The notes: generated from the letters alone by a model not told the origin. A stretch of 64,000 bases of DNA from Candidatus Chisholmbacteria bacterium RIFCSPHIGHO2_01_FULL_52_32 (GCA_001816585.1 MHCJ01000006.1:40-64039); one strand, 5' to 3'; numbered from the stretch's first letter, positions 38,037 to 48,063 are shown. Program-made: numbers and translations.

Positions 38037-38417
38037 TTATCTGAAGAAACCGAACACTTGAGCCCACTTCTCCCAATTCGCCAAGTCCTCTTTCGCACTG
38101 TTTTGGTCTTTGTCGGAAGTAGGCCCCGCCTGTCCTGTCTGATCGTTATCAGGCGGAAGAAGCATGACGACCTCTCCGGGTTTTCCCATCAAGAGCTTCT
38201 CCCTCGCCTCCTTCTCAACGAATTCATCGCCCGAAACATACTGGAGCTTCTCCGCCAAGTCCCGTTGCTCCTGCTCAAGTTTTGCTACCTCGGCCTCCTC
38301 CTGAATGATCCGCTCCCGCTTAGATAGAAGATCCAGAAGATCCCTTGAGAGGGCAACGATGAAATAGATCCCAAGAAGCAGTGCCAAAATACTAAAGGCT
38401 TGTCGGCGCATTGACAC
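38037..38417 (-). CDS. Septum formation initiator (FtsB/DivIC family)
   Basis: TM, coiled coil, FVEKEAREKLLMGKPGE. Confidence 0.88.
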   Translation of the reverse strand: MSMRRQAFSILALLLGIYFIVALSRDLLDLLSKRERIIQEEAEVAKLEQEQRDLAEKLQYVSGDEFVEKEAREKLLMGKPGEVVMLLPPDNDQTGQAGPTSDKDQNSAKEDLANWEKWAQVFGFFR

Positions 38418-38476
38418 ACATCCTCGTCAATGGTATTATAAGATAGTTTATTACAGGATAATAAGGCGTAAACGGT

Positions 38477-39355
38477 ATGAATGGGTCCAATTCCCTATCC
38501 CTTAAGCAGTCACGCGAAGAATTCATTGCAGACCTCCGCGCAAAAAAGCGTGCAACCGCTACCATTCTAGCATATGGGAAAGATATCGAGCAGCTTGCCG
38601 AGTTTCTCGAAAAAACCGAGATCACCTCAACAGAAGCAATCACCCCGGAGCACATCAAAGCCTTTACGCTCAACTTAGGGAAACTCAACTACACTGCCAA
38701 ATCCATCTCTAGAAAAATTAATTCTATCAAGTCCTTCTTTCGATTTCTAAAGGCTAAAGAGTATATCGAAACAAATCCCACCACCGCGATCGTTCATCCG
38801 CGTTACGACGTCAAGCCACCAAGAGTTCTTTCAAAGATGGAATACCGGGCCCTTCGCGATGCCTGTCGTTCGGACACGAGAATCTCTTCAATTGTAGAGA
38901 TGCTCCTGCAAACCGGAATACGGATCGGCGAACTCGCCAACCTGAGAATTGAGGACCTTGATCTTGAAAAAAGCGCCATGACCATCCAACCATACGAATC
39001 GCACGGGCTCCGAACCGTACCCCTCACAAGAGCCGCCCACAAAGCCCTCGAAGACTATATCGAAGAACGTCCGAAAACACGGGAGAAAACACTCTTTGTC
39101 ACCAAAACCGGCCGCCCATTCCTCGTCCGGAACATCAGAGCAGCCATTGATCGCTACTTCAAGCTGGCAGGGATAAAAGATGCGAAAGTCAATGACCTCC
39201 GCCACACCTTCATTGCCCAACAGTTGATCGCCGGAACGCCGTTGGTATATATTTCAAAGCTCGTTGGCCACAAACGGCTCTCCACTACCGAAAAATACCT
39301 CAAGGTCATCAGCGAAAAAGTGGAAAAAGACGAAGTGAAACTGGAAGAGCTCTAA
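38477..39355 (+). CDS. XerC/XerD-like tyrosine recombinase
   Basis: SAM-like N-domain, TGIRIGEL, NDLRHTF, LVGH, TTEKY. Confidence 0.9.
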   Translation: MNGSNSLSLKQSREEFIADLRAKKRATATILAYGKDIEQLAEFLEKTEITSTEAITPEHIKAFTLNLGKLNYTAKSISRKINSIKSFFRFLKAKEYIETNPTTAIVHPRYDVKPPRVLSKMEYRALRDACRSDTRISSIVEMLLQTGIRIGELANLRIEDLDLEKSAMTIQPYESHGLRTVPLTRAAHKALEDYIEERPKTREKTLFVTKTGRPFLVRNIRAAIDRYFKLAGIKDAKVNDLRHTFIAQQLIAGTPLVYISKLVGHKRLSTTEKYLKVISEKVEKDEVKLEEL

Positions 39356-39356
39356 T

Positions 39357-39590
39357 CTACCAATCCCGAAGCTTCTTCATCGCCCGATATCGCAGCCGCA
39401 CATGCTCAAGCACCCGTTCTTCTCCGGTCTCTTCATTACGAACGGTTATCGTCACCAAGGGCGTATCTTCGTTCATTGAAGCTTCCTGTGTCCAAAATTC
39501 ATCCCAGAAGGCCTGATCAGCTGGATCGCTTGTCAAAAAAAACTCCTCTTCCTCGGAAAACGTCAGATCGCTGAACCTCCGCTTCGCCAT
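39357..39590 (-). CDS. Small hypothetical protein
   Basis: ATG 7 nt after TATAGT; acidic 77-aa ORF. Confidence 0.55.
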   Translation of the reverse strand: MAKRRFSDLTFSEEEEFFLTSDPADQAFWDEFWTQEASMNEDTPLVTITVRNEETGEERVLEHVRLRYRAMKKLRDW

Positions 39591-39651
39591 GTTCCTCACT
39601 ATAACACACAATCAAAGCGAGCAAAAGAAGGAAAAGAAATAAACACGATTG

Positions 39652-39723
39652 TGCGCCCGCTTGGATTCGAACCAAGGACATCTACTTTATAAGAGTAGCG
39701 CTCTGCCGCTGAGCTACGGGCGC
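39652..39723 (-). tRNA. tRNA-Ile with TAT (UAU) anticodon
   Basis: GCGCCCG...CGGGCGC-A; anticodon arm CTACT-CTTATAA-AGTAG; T-arm GGTTCGAATCC. Confidence 0.9.
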
Positions 39724-39865
39724 TCGCTGCCGGAGGAATTATACCACCGACCCCTCTACCCTACTTGCCCGACGAAGCATCCAGAATGGAGTCTTGACTA
39801 ATGATCAAGACGGAATCTCTGGAGCAGAGGCGGGAACCCTATACGCTAAACGCTAGACGCTATTC

Positions 39866-42193
39866 CTACAGCCTGGACCTCTTCGCCACATCCGCCTCAA
39901 TCTCAGTCCGGTCCTTCCCGTACTTAAGCCTTGAAAGCTGACGGATCATCTCTCCGACTTTGGGATTCCGCAGTCTTCGCTCCTCTTCCACATCCTTGGT
40001 TAAATCCATCGAAAACGGCGGCATGGGCTCGTTATTCACCACGGTTTTTATGTAGACGTTGAACCGTTCGACATTCACCAAATCCCCTTCGGTAAAGGTC
40101 GGGGTAAACTCATGTTGAAGGAAATTTGCGTCCGACACACCAACCCGGAAGGTAACCAAACTTCCCACATTTCCGAACACAGCCTGTTTCACCTCTTCCT
40201 CAACCTGCCCAATGAATTGGTTGGCAACCGTCAGGTTCAGTTTATACTTCCTCGCTTCGGAAAGAATGACCGCAAAATCCGGTGTCGCAAAGTTCTGGAA
40301 CTCATCAACATAGAGGTAAAAATCGCGTCGTTGTTCCTCCGGAACATCCTGACGGCTCATCGCCGCAATAAGGATCTTCGGCACCAGGATAAGCCCCAAG
40401 AAGTTGCTGTTTTCTTCCCCGATCTTCCCCTTCGCAAGGTTTATAAGAAGTATTTTTCCCTCATCCATCACGTTTCGGAAATTGAATGCGCTCGCAGATT
40501 GCCCGATGATATTTCGCATCATCTTGTCTGTGACAAACCGCCCGAATTTCGAGACGATGTAGTCCAACACCTCGGATTTATGGAAGTCTGCCGTCTGGGC
40601 AATCTGGTCCGTCCAATAACGCCTGACGATCGGATCGCGGACCTTGGGAAGCAATTCCTGAACATACTTAGAATCGGTGAGCACCCGCACCACCTCAACA
40701 AACGTGTTGCCCGGTTCGCTCATTACGGTAAGCATCGCATTGCGGATCGCGTGCTCAAACCGCGGTCCGATAATCCCCGTCTTATGGGGATCGTAGAGCT
40801 TGTACATGAGGCCAATGAGCGAGGAAACCACGAAATGCTTCTGTTCTTCGGTTTCTGCTTCAAGCATGTTAAGCCCCATCGGCCGTTCGGTGTCGGAAGG
40901 ATCAAAGTAGATTACATCCTCCGCCCGCTCGGGAGGAATAAGCTCCAAGATCTGCTCAACCATGTCATGGGGATCAATAAAACACACCCCTTTCCCCGCC
41001 CGGATGTCTTGCATAATCATGTCTTTTAAGAATTCCGACTTCCCCGTCCCCGTTTTCCCGATGATGTACATGTGCCGCCTGCGGTCATCATCGGCGATGT
41101 AGACCTTCCGTGTCACCCCCCGGTAGGCGCTCTTCCCAAGGTAAAGTCCCTCTAAAGGAATCTGTGCCGGTGCCGGTGCCCTTTTCGCCATCAGCCAAAA
41201 GATGTGGGGGGTTTCCACCTGCTTGTTGGGAAAATGCATGATGGTTGCCAACTCTTCACTCGAGAGGACCGACCGCTTCCCAAAAAACGGCTGGTACCGG
41301 TAAATAAAATCAATCATGAATAAACGCCGAAGCCAAATCCGCGCCTTCTCGAAGCCGTTCTGATCCGAGGAAAACTGGGAAAATGCCCCGATGATGTTCC
41401 GAAGATGAGCCTCCGCCGACTGCTGCGATGTGGATGAAACGACGATGCGAATAGTTGTTTCAAAGCCTGGTTTTGCAACCTTATTCTCAATGGCTTCCAA
41501 GGTTTTTGCATCCACCATATATCTGGCTTTCTCGGGATCCGCCTCCTGAGCCTTAGTTTTAGCAACATAAGAAGCTCCCGCACTCTGCCAGGATTTTGAA
41601 GCGGGACTGATAAGGATTTGCAGCACCGCTCCTTCATCATCACCCATCTTCGCCAGTGCCGAGGTAACCGAACTCAACGGATCAGTGGGAAGTTCCTTAT
41701 ACACCTTCAGCGGTAAGTGAGAAGACGAACGAATTTTAAGCTGAGCATAAGCAACTTTCCCGGTTTCTGAAAAAATATTGTACTCATCAACTTCCTTAAC
41801 TTCTGCTCCGGGATATGCCCCATGGATCTGCTTTTCAACCAAATCGCGGAGCTCCATCGGACAGACAACCATGAAACGGATATCCTCTTTCCGGGCTACA
41901 ATCTCAAAGGAGAAGTGATCCTCAGGTTTAAACCAGGAAAAGAAACCGACTTTTTTAACGGAGAACAAACTGGCGAGCATCTGCTCAGCAACATCGATCT
42001 TGAGTTCGTTATCCCTCGGCACCGCAACCTGCAAAACCACCGATCCGAGCGAGTACTCTTCCCTCCTCCGGTAACGGATCCATTGAAACAGAAGATAGAA
42101 AAGGGCAACCAACCCCACGATCCCAACGGCCGCAATAATCATCAGGGTAACAAAGAAGAATGCTGTTCCGACCGGATCACTCACTCTCGGCAT
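39866..42193 (-). CDS. TraD/VirB4/HerA-like P-loop ATPase with an N-terminal TM
   Basis: RRRHMYIIGKTGTGKS, FIDPH, LYVDEFQNF, LSEARKY, ANQ. Confidence 0.88.
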   Translation of the reverse strand: MPRVSDPVGTAFFFVTLMIIAAVGIVGLVALFYLLFQWIRYRRREEYSLGSVVLQVAVPRDNELKIDVAEQMLASLFSVKKVGFFSWFKPEDHFSFEIVARKEDIRFMVVCPMELRDLVEKQIHGAYPGAEVKEVDEYNIFSETGKVAYAQLKIRSSSHLPLKVYKELPTDPLSSVTSALAKMGDDEGAVLQILISPASKSWQSAGASYVAKTKAQEADPEKARYMVDAKTLEAIENKVAKPGFETTIRIVVSSTSQQSAEAHLRNIIGAFSQFSSDQNGFEKARIWLRRLFMIDFIYRYQPFFGKRSVLSSEELATIMHFPNKQVETPHIFWLMAKRAPAPAQIPLEGLYLGKSAYRGVTRKVYIADDDRRRHMYIIGKTGTGKSEFLKDMIMQDIRAGKGVCFIDPHDMVEQILELIPPERAEDVIYFDPSDTERPMGLNMLEAETEEQKHFVVSSLIGLMYKLYDPHKTGIIGPRFEHAIRNAMLTVMSEPGNTFVEVVRVLTDSKYVQELLPKVRDPIVRRYWTDQIAQTADFHKSEVLDYIVSKFGRFVTDKMMRNIIGQSASAFNFRNVMDEGKILLINLAKGKIGEENSNFLGLILVPKILIAAMSRQDVPEEQRRDFYLYVDEFQNFATPDFAVILSEARKYKLNLTVANQFIGQVEEEVKQAVFGNVGSLVTFRVGVSDANFLQHEFTPTFTEGDLVNVERFNVYIKTVVNNEPMPPFSMDLTKDVEEERRLRNPKVGEMIRQLSRLKYGKDRTEIEADVAKRSRL

Positions 42194-42220
42194 ATCTGAT
42201 AACCTTCCCTCTCTTTGCTC

Positions 42221-42287
42221 TCCCAGTGAAGTAACGCTCCGCGTACTTCACGGGATCCCGTGAGATATAAAAGTTATCTCACTGGGA
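42221..42287. repeat. Tandem CCC(A)GTGA...TCAC(T)GGG hairpins
   Basis: cccagtgaagta...tacttcacggga followed by cccgtgagata...tatctcactggga; a related hairpin lies inside the T-box (36959-36988). Confidence 0.7.
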
Positions 42288-42326
42288 TCTGCTCTACGCC
42301 CTATGCTCTATGCTCTAAGCTCTCTG

Positions 42327-42827
42327 CTATTTCTTCCCAAGAGCATATTTCTTTGCCATCCGAATGCACCACTCCGCCAGCCAGCGAATGCTGTCAAACA
42401 GCTTGTAATGAAGTCCCTTCTTAATGCCCGTATCGTCAAGCGGCAACGTGACACTCACTGCCTGCGGCGCTGCCGGGGAAACAATCGGCTTCCCCTTATG
42501 AACGATAACCGGCGGTTCCGCCACCTCATCCTTTTCCACCCGCTCAAGCCATCCCTCCACATCCGGAGGAAGCTCCTTGGGAGGACCAATTTCAACAATC
42601 GGATGTGTTTCCGTCGGACTCACTCCTGTACTTGGTTCCTTCTCTTTTGCGGCCGTCGGTTGACCTGCCTGTGGTTGAGAGCCTGACGGCGCCTCAATCA
42701 CCTTCCCCGCCTCTTGCGGTACCACCCCGGCTTGATCTGTTTGTGACGAAGGCGGCCCAACGGAAGAAGGCTGTGCACTTGAAGGTAATCCGCCCTCAGC
42801 ATTCCCTTGCCCACCAGGTGTATCCAT
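42327..42827 (-). CDS. Hypothetical protein with a low-complexity N-terminus
   Basis: Pro/Gln-rich N-terminus and a C-terminal LPL...DSIRWLAEWC motif. Confidence 0.75.
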   Translation of the reverse strand: MDTPGGQGNAEGGLPSSAQPSSVGPPSSQTDQAGVVPQEAGKVIEAPSGSQPQAGQPTAAKEKEPSTGVSPTETHPIVEIGPPKELPPDVEGWLERVEKDEVAEPPVIVHKGKPIVSPAAPQAVSVTLPLDDTGIKKGLHYKLFDSIRWLAEWCIRMAKKYALGKK

Positions 42828-42921
42828 ACCCCTCCATCATAGCACACCAAAAGAGGGCTCTCGAAATGATCACGCTTGAAAAAGACTACCCGAAGAGAAA
42901 GGTTAATATTCGAAGTTATCC

Positions 42922-43401
42922 TTAAGGTTGCCGCGCAAGCTCCAGCTCCAACCAATTGAAAAACGTATTGTCAAGCTCGGCAATGGACTCCCACGTATCA
43001 TCTTCAATATCACCAGCATTGGCACCCACCCTACCGATCGTCCTCCAGCTTTTCTCGGGTTCCGATTCGAGGTTATAACACGCATGAATTCCTTGAGATT
43101 CAACGGTTACCTTAATAGCCGAAGACGGAGACAAAACCTTAGCATGTGGACTTCTGGGATCTGTCTCAATTTCCACATTGGTTCGAACTGAACTATAGCG
43201 ACCCACATTGCGCATCTTATCAACAGATAATTTCCAATACGAAGAGGACTGAGTTTGTCCCAATATCCGATCGGCAATTCCAATCCGTTGCTGTTCTCCC
43301 TGCTCCCGAAGCAAGGTAACCAGTCGTTCTCGAATAGGTTGTACTACCCGAAGTGCTTGATCCCTTTGGCCTTCGATCGCTTCAAGTTTGTTAAACACCA
43401 T
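42922..43401 (-). CDS. Hypothetical protein
   Basis: 159-aa ORF, no recognised motif. Confidence 0.6.
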   Translation of the reverse strand: MVFNKLEAIEGQRDQALRVVQPIRERLVTLLREQGEQQRIGIADRILGQTQSSSYWKLSVDKMRNVGRYSSVRTNVEIETDPRSPHAKVLSPSSAIKVTVESQGIHACYNLESEPEKSWRTIGRVGANAGDIEDDTWESIAELDNTFFNWLELELARQP

Positions 43402-43425
43402 AGTCGCATAAGTTTATCATATCGG

Positions 43426-44025
43426 TCAAAAATCCAAGCCCTTCACGGCTTTCCTGCCCCGATCATACGGATGCTTGATTTTTCGCATCTCGGTCACCAG
43501 ATCCGCAAGCTCCACAATTTTTGGATGTGCACCTCTTCCTGTCAACACCAAATGTGTCTTCTCCCTATCAGAAATTAGGTCAATTAGAGCACTTAGGTCA
43601 ATTAAGCCGTCAGAGACGGCGTTATTAACCTCATCCAAAATCAGCATATCAACCTGTCCTACCAGCTCCTTTGCTTTCCGAAGTGCCGCCTTCGCCGCTT
43701 TCTTATGCTCATTCTCCCCCGCCCGATCCACAACCACCCCACCGCCAGCAATCGGAGCGGTTTTGATCTGCCTTCCTCTCTGATTCATAATTCCTGATTC
43801 ATAATTCGTGATTCTAAAACCCACACCCATTGGAAATACCTTGAAGTTAGGAAATTGATCCGCTAATCGATACTCGGAAACATCCCAGTCTCTGCTCTTG
43901 TACCAACAAACCATCACAACCGTCATTCCGGAGAGTGCCGCCCGCACCCCTACTCCCAACGCAGCAGAAGTTTTCCCCTTTCCGTTCCCTGTGAATACGT
44001 AAACAAGTCCTTTTTGAATAGTCAT
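43426..44025 (-). CDS. btuR: Cob(I)alamin adenosyltransferase (CobA/CobO/BtuR type)
   Basis: GLVYVFTGNGKGKTSAALG, LILDEV, LVLTGRGA, ADLVTEM..IKHPY, GLDF. Confidence 0.9.
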   Translation of the reverse strand: MTIQKGLVYVFTGNGKGKTSAALGVGVRAALSGMTVVMVCWYKSRDWDVSEYRLADQFPNFKVFPMGVGFRITNYESGIMNQRGRQIKTAPIAGGGVVVDRAGENEHKKAAKAALRKAKELVGQVDMLILDEVNNAVSDGLIDLSALIDLISDREKTHLVLTGRGAHPKIVELADLVTEMRKIKHPYDRGRKAVKGLDF

Positions 44026-44112
44026 TCTAAACCCTAGACGCTAAACCCTAAACGCTACTGACAATTGTTGCATTTTTCTCCACTTATCGTTGCATCCAGA
44101 CGAAAAGTGCTT

Positions 44113-44517
44113 CTATTTGTCCCTCAACCGTCTCTGGGCCAGCCGAAGGATGGCTCCGATTCGGACATCTCCGCCATCGAAAAACCGCCGCACGTCATCG
44201 CTGTACTTGGTAATCCAATCCGACAATGCCTCAGGCGTTTCCTTTGCTAAATATTCCACAACCTGTTGACAGGAGATGACCGTTTTTTTCGTTAATGGCG
44301 TACCATCGTTAGGTCGTACTATTCCCATGGCATCAAGTCCCTGCGACATAAGGACTTGTTCAACCGCTCTCCGTCGTGCATCCTCAATACCTCGCCGTGG
44401 TCCTTCCCGCTCCCCGAAGTAGTGATTCACCAATCCGGAAAAGAGCTCTTCGGGAGATAATGGCTCTTGGACAGTTCGGTCTCGACTTATAGAAAGCTCA
44501 TCTCTTGCTTCTGTCAT
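44113..44517 (-). CDS. Hypothetical protein
   Basis: 134-aa ORF preceded by TATAAT 8 nt upstream. Confidence 0.6.
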   Translation of the reverse strand: MTEARDELSISRDRTVQEPLSPEELFSGLVNHYFGEREGPRRGIEDARRRAVEQVLMSQGLDAMGIVRPNDGTPLTKKTVISCQQVVEYLAKETPEALSDWITKYSDDVRRFFDGGDVRIGAILRLAQRRLRDK

Positions 44518-44567
44518 CGTTGTTGATTATATCGTTTATAAGTAGACAAACCTTTCGATGTCCCTCG

Positions 44568-45182
44568 TTAACTCAAATATCCCGTCTTCTCAAACACAAT
44601 CCTCGGAACATCACGTTTAAGCGTAAATCCATGTTTCCGTAGCAATGTTTGAAGAACCACAAGCGGCAGTCCCACGACATTCGTAAAGCTTCCGCGAACG
44701 TCAGAAACAAATCCCTTTGCCCCCATCTGGATCGCATACCCTCCCCCTTTATCAAGCGGTTCACCCGTTGCCACGTAATCGTTGATCTCCTCATCAGACA
44801 AAGTTCGGAACGTGACAGCCGTTTCCTCCGCCGCCGACACGCTCTTTTTTGTCAAGGCATCAACCACCGCTATCCCGGTGTACACCGCATGTGTCTTCCC
44901 GGAAAGCTTTTTTAAAATCCGCACCGCATCCCTTTCATCCTTCGGCTTCCCAATAGTTTCCCCACCAACAGAAACAACGGTATCCGCTCCAATAACGAGT
45001 CCCTCCGAACGCATCTCAGCAACGAAACGGGCTTTCAAAAGCGAAAGTTTGAAAACGAGCTTTCGGGGATCTCTCAGGGAAATTTTCCGCTCGTCAAAAT
45101 AGGAAGGGACGACAGCAAATGGAACTCCCAGCCAAGATAAAAGCTCGCGCCGACGTTCTGATGACGAAGCTAAAATAAGCAT
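44568..45182 (-). CDS. maf: Maf family nucleoside-triphosphate pyrophosphatase
   Basis: LILASSSERRRELL, IGADTVV, GKP, DKGGGYAIQ, NVVGLP. Confidence 0.95.
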   Translation of the reverse strand: MLILASSSERRRELLSWLGVPFAVVPSYFDERKISLRDPRKLVFKLSLLKARFVAEMRSEGLVIGADTVVSVGGETIGKPKDERDAVRILKKLSGKTHAVYTGIAVVDALTKKSVSAAEETAVTFRTLSDEEINDYVATGEPLDKGGGYAIQMGAKGFVSDVRGSFTNVVGLPLVVLQTLLRKHGFTLKRDVPRIVFEKTGYLS

Positions 45183-45271
45183 AGTCGGTGGATAGTATTC
45201 GAGAGAAGTATAACAGGACCTAAGAAATCCGCAGGAAAGCTGCAGGAAGGAAAACCTCCGAAACAGCGACC

Positions 45272-47587
45272 CTACACTTCACAAACGCTGTACCCGCACA
45301 GCTGGCACTTTGAACAACCCTCGGTAAACGACATCGGTCCGCCGCATTCCGGACACTTGCCCCCTTCCGTCTCACCCACCCCAAAAGAGGCCGCCCGTAC
45401 CGCAAGCGGTGTGACAGAAAGTTTGCTCTGAATCCGAACACTCTTCGATTCCTTCTCAAGGATCTGCACCGACTTGCTTTTATCCCGATAGATCGTGATC
45501 CCTTTACACCCCATCTTCCAGGCTAACCGATAGGCCTTTTCGACATCCTCGATCACTGCCGATTCCGGAAAGTTGATCGTCTTGGAAACCGCATTATCGG
45601 TGTATTCCTGAAACGCCCCCTGCATTCGCACATGCCATTCTGGAGAAATATCATGGGCAGTCCGGAAAACATCCTTTATCCACTGTGGAATACCCAAAAC
45701 GGAGGTAACGCTCCCCGTTTTTGAGACTTCATGAAGGAGAGGTTCAATTGCGCTCCGCTCACCGTTTCCAACCGCACCAGCCAGCGCCTGTTCAAAAGAA
45801 GTGTTCATATACGTCAACCCTTCCTGATCTACAACGTTTTTCACAAATGAAAGAGCAAAGATCGGCTCGATCCCGGATGAGCAATCGGCAACCATGCTGA
45901 TCGTCCCTGTGGGGGCTATGGTCGTGACGGCAACATTCCGCACTTTCACTCGCTTCCCCAAATGCGGATGCTTTCGTGCAAAGTCGCTCTTCTCCCATAG
46001 CGGGAACGCACCCTTCTCCGCAGCAATCCTCGCGCTTTCATCCCATCCGATCCTCTGAATGAACTGCGCCACTTTCTTTGCCAAACGAACAGCTTCCTCG
46101 CTGTCGTATCGGACACGAAGCGAAACTAATAAATCCGCCCATCCCATCACCCCGAGGCCAATCCGACGGACATTATGTGCCATGGCGCTGATTTGAGGAA
46201 TGGGATAAAAACTCGCATCAATCCCGTCATCCAAGAACCGTACCGCTATTCGCACGACCTCCTCCAACCGCTTCCAATCAATGAGGTCTTCTGTTTTACC
46301 CTTTGCCCTTTGCCCGCTTGTCCTGAGCGAAGTCGAAGGATTGCCCTTTGCCTTTTTAACAAACTTCCCCAAATTAACAGACCCTAAGTTGCACACGTCA
46401 AACGGATGAAGCGGTTGTTCCCCGCAAACATTGGTTGCCGTAATAGGCCCAAGAGCCTTAAGAAGCGGGTTATCTCGATTGATCGCATCAAGATAAATCA
46501 TTCCCGGATCGCCGGTTTTCCATGCCAAAGCAACAGCCTGGTCAAACACCGTCCGCGCCTTCGTTCGCCGTACGACCGCGCCCGTACGCGGATTCACCAA
46601 ATCCCAATGACCATCCTTCTCAACCGCTCCCATGAACGCATCACTCGCCCCCACCGAAATATTGAAGTTGCCAATTTCCCCTTCCTGCGTCTTGCAGGTG
46701 ATAAATTCAAAAATATCCGGGTGGTCGGCATTCAGGATGCCCATGTTAGCCCCGCGGTGGCGCCCTCCAAGCATCACGATCTCCGTCGCCGCATCAAACG
46801 CCTTCATAAACGAAACGGGCCCTGAGGCAAATCCGCCGCCACCGACCGCATCTCCGTTCGGTCGAAGCTTGGAAAAATTGTAACCAGTCCCCCCACCCGA
46901 CTGATGAATGAGTGCTGTCCACTTCACCGCATCAAAAATTGCCTCCATGTCATCCTCAACCGGTAACACGAAGCAATTTGCGAGTAGCCCCCGTTTTTGC
47001 CCGGCTCCCCGAAAGTAACAACCTGCCGGAACAAAAGAAAACGTGCTCATTATCTCGCTAAATTTTTGCTCCCAAGCCTTACGCTGACGCTTCTCGACTG
47101 CGGAAACACAAGCAGCCACTCGCTCCACCGCTTGTCGGGGCGTTTCAACCACATTCCCCCGTTCATCTTTGAGAAGATAACGCCTGGCCATTGCCTTGAG
47201 AGCATTGACGGACATCCCGAGGTCATCCTCAACGCCCAACACGTTCCGCACTGTCCGCAGCTCCGCTTGTCGTTGTCGGAAGAGGATGTACGCCTTCGCC
47301 GTACGGTAGTGAGACCCCGCCATCAATACCTGCTCTACGATATCCTGCACCTGCTCAACAGTCGGAATCACCTTTCTCGCCCCTCGAAGCCCTGGCGAAG
47401 TGGGGCCATTGGTTCGCCGGAGAAGTTCAATCACAATACTCGTCAGCCGCTTCGCTTCAATTTCCCCGAACTCGCCGGTTACAGCCGAAGATTTTAAGAT
47501 CGCAATGGTGATCTTGGCGGGATCAAACGCTACCACCCCTCCATCGCGCTTTCTGATCTGCTTAATGGCGAAAGCGTTATCTGCCAT
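45272..47587 (-). CDS. nrdJ: Class II (AdoCbl-dependent) ribonucleotide reductase with ATP cone, paralog 3
   Basis: IRKRDG ATP cone, ANCFVL, TNVCGEQ, CNLGS, IAPTGT, VSKTIN, C-terminal CPECG...C..CGYS.C. Confidence 0.93.
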   Translation of the reverse strand: MADNAFAIKQIRKRDGGVVAFDPAKITIAILKSSAVTGEFGEIEAKRLTSIVIELLRRTNGPTSPGLRGARKVIPTVEQVQDIVEQVLMAGSHYRTAKAYILFRQRQAELRTVRNVLGVEDDLGMSVNALKAMARRYLLKDERGNVVETPRQAVERVAACVSAVEKRQRKAWEQKFSEIMSTFSFVPAGCYFRGAGQKRGLLANCFVLPVEDDMEAIFDAVKWTALIHQSGGGTGYNFSKLRPNGDAVGGGGFASGPVSFMKAFDAATEIVMLGGRHRGANMGILNADHPDIFEFITCKTQEGEIGNFNISVGASDAFMGAVEKDGHWDLVNPRTGAVVRRTKARTVFDQAVALAWKTGDPGMIYLDAINRDNPLLKALGPITATNVCGEQPLHPFDVCNLGSVNLGKFVKKAKGNPSTSLRTSGQRAKGKTEDLIDWKRLEEVVRIAVRFLDDGIDASFYPIPQISAMAHNVRRIGLGVMGWADLLVSLRVRYDSEEAVRLAKKVAQFIQRIGWDESARIAAEKGAFPLWEKSDFARKHPHLGKRVKVRNVAVTTIAPTGTISMVADCSSGIEPIFALSFVKNVVDQEGLTYMNTSFEQALAGAVGNGERSAIEPLLHEVSKTGSVTSVLGIPQWIKDVFRTAHDISPEWHVRMQGAFQEYTDNAVSKTINFPESAVIEDVEKAYRLAWKMGCKGITIYRDKSKSVQILEKESKSVRIQSKLSVTPLAVRAASFGVGETEGGKCPECGGPMSFTEGCSKCQLCGYSVCEV

Positions 47588-47622
47588 AATCGCTGGAAAT
47601 GAATTTGGATAGTAGAAATTGG

Positions 47623-48051
47623 TTATTTGTCATTCTCGCCCTCAGCGAGAGGATGTCCTCCTCTGTACTTTGCTTTAATCCGATAGTAGTGCCGCCAACG
47701 CTCCGCTTCGGACGCGTCGCTTGCAAAGATTTTTTCAGGATACTTCTCCTCATTCTTCCTCATCTTCATCTCAAACGCGTGGGCTAAATCGATATGTAAA
47801 CTCTCCGCCATGACGAGCACCCACCAGAGAACATCCGCCAATTCATCGCAGATGGGCCCATAAAGCCTGGCTTCCTTTCTTACTTCATCTCCCGTTTTCC
47901 ATTGAAAATGTTCCAAAAGCTCGGTTGCCTCCAGAACCACGCTCAACGCGATGTCTTTTGGATCCTCACCGGTCCACTTCCTTCGTTGACGAAACTGAAG
48001 GACCTGCTTCTTAAGCTCTTCAACCTTCGTCTTTTCATCATTCATCGACAT
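47623..48051 (-). CDS. MazG-like nucleotide pyrophosphohydrolase (dCTPase-like)
   Basis: PKDIALSVVLEATELLEHFQW...DELADV...KMRKNEEKYP. Confidence 0.9.
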   Translation of the reverse strand: MSMNDEKTKVEELKKQVLQFRQRRKWTGEDPKDIALSVVLEATELLEHFQWKTGDEVRKEARLYGPICDELADVLWWVLVMAESLHIDLAHAFEMKMRKNEEKYPEKIFASDASEAERWRHYYRIKAKYRGGHPLAEGENDK

Positions 48052-48063
48052 ATTCCTCCTTTC

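Noticed and set aside
33409-41029. Long antisense ORFs (33409-34185, 40112-41029) and similar ones opposite nrdJ, PBP and GH18
   Set aside because: Codon-mirror frames of well-conserved genes, with no motifs.
37177-42193. Integrative element formed by tRNAs, tyrosine recombinase and a T4SS-like ATPase
   Set aside because: No duplicated tRNA 3' end or att repeat, no relaxase or other tra genes; the neighbours are housekeeping genes.
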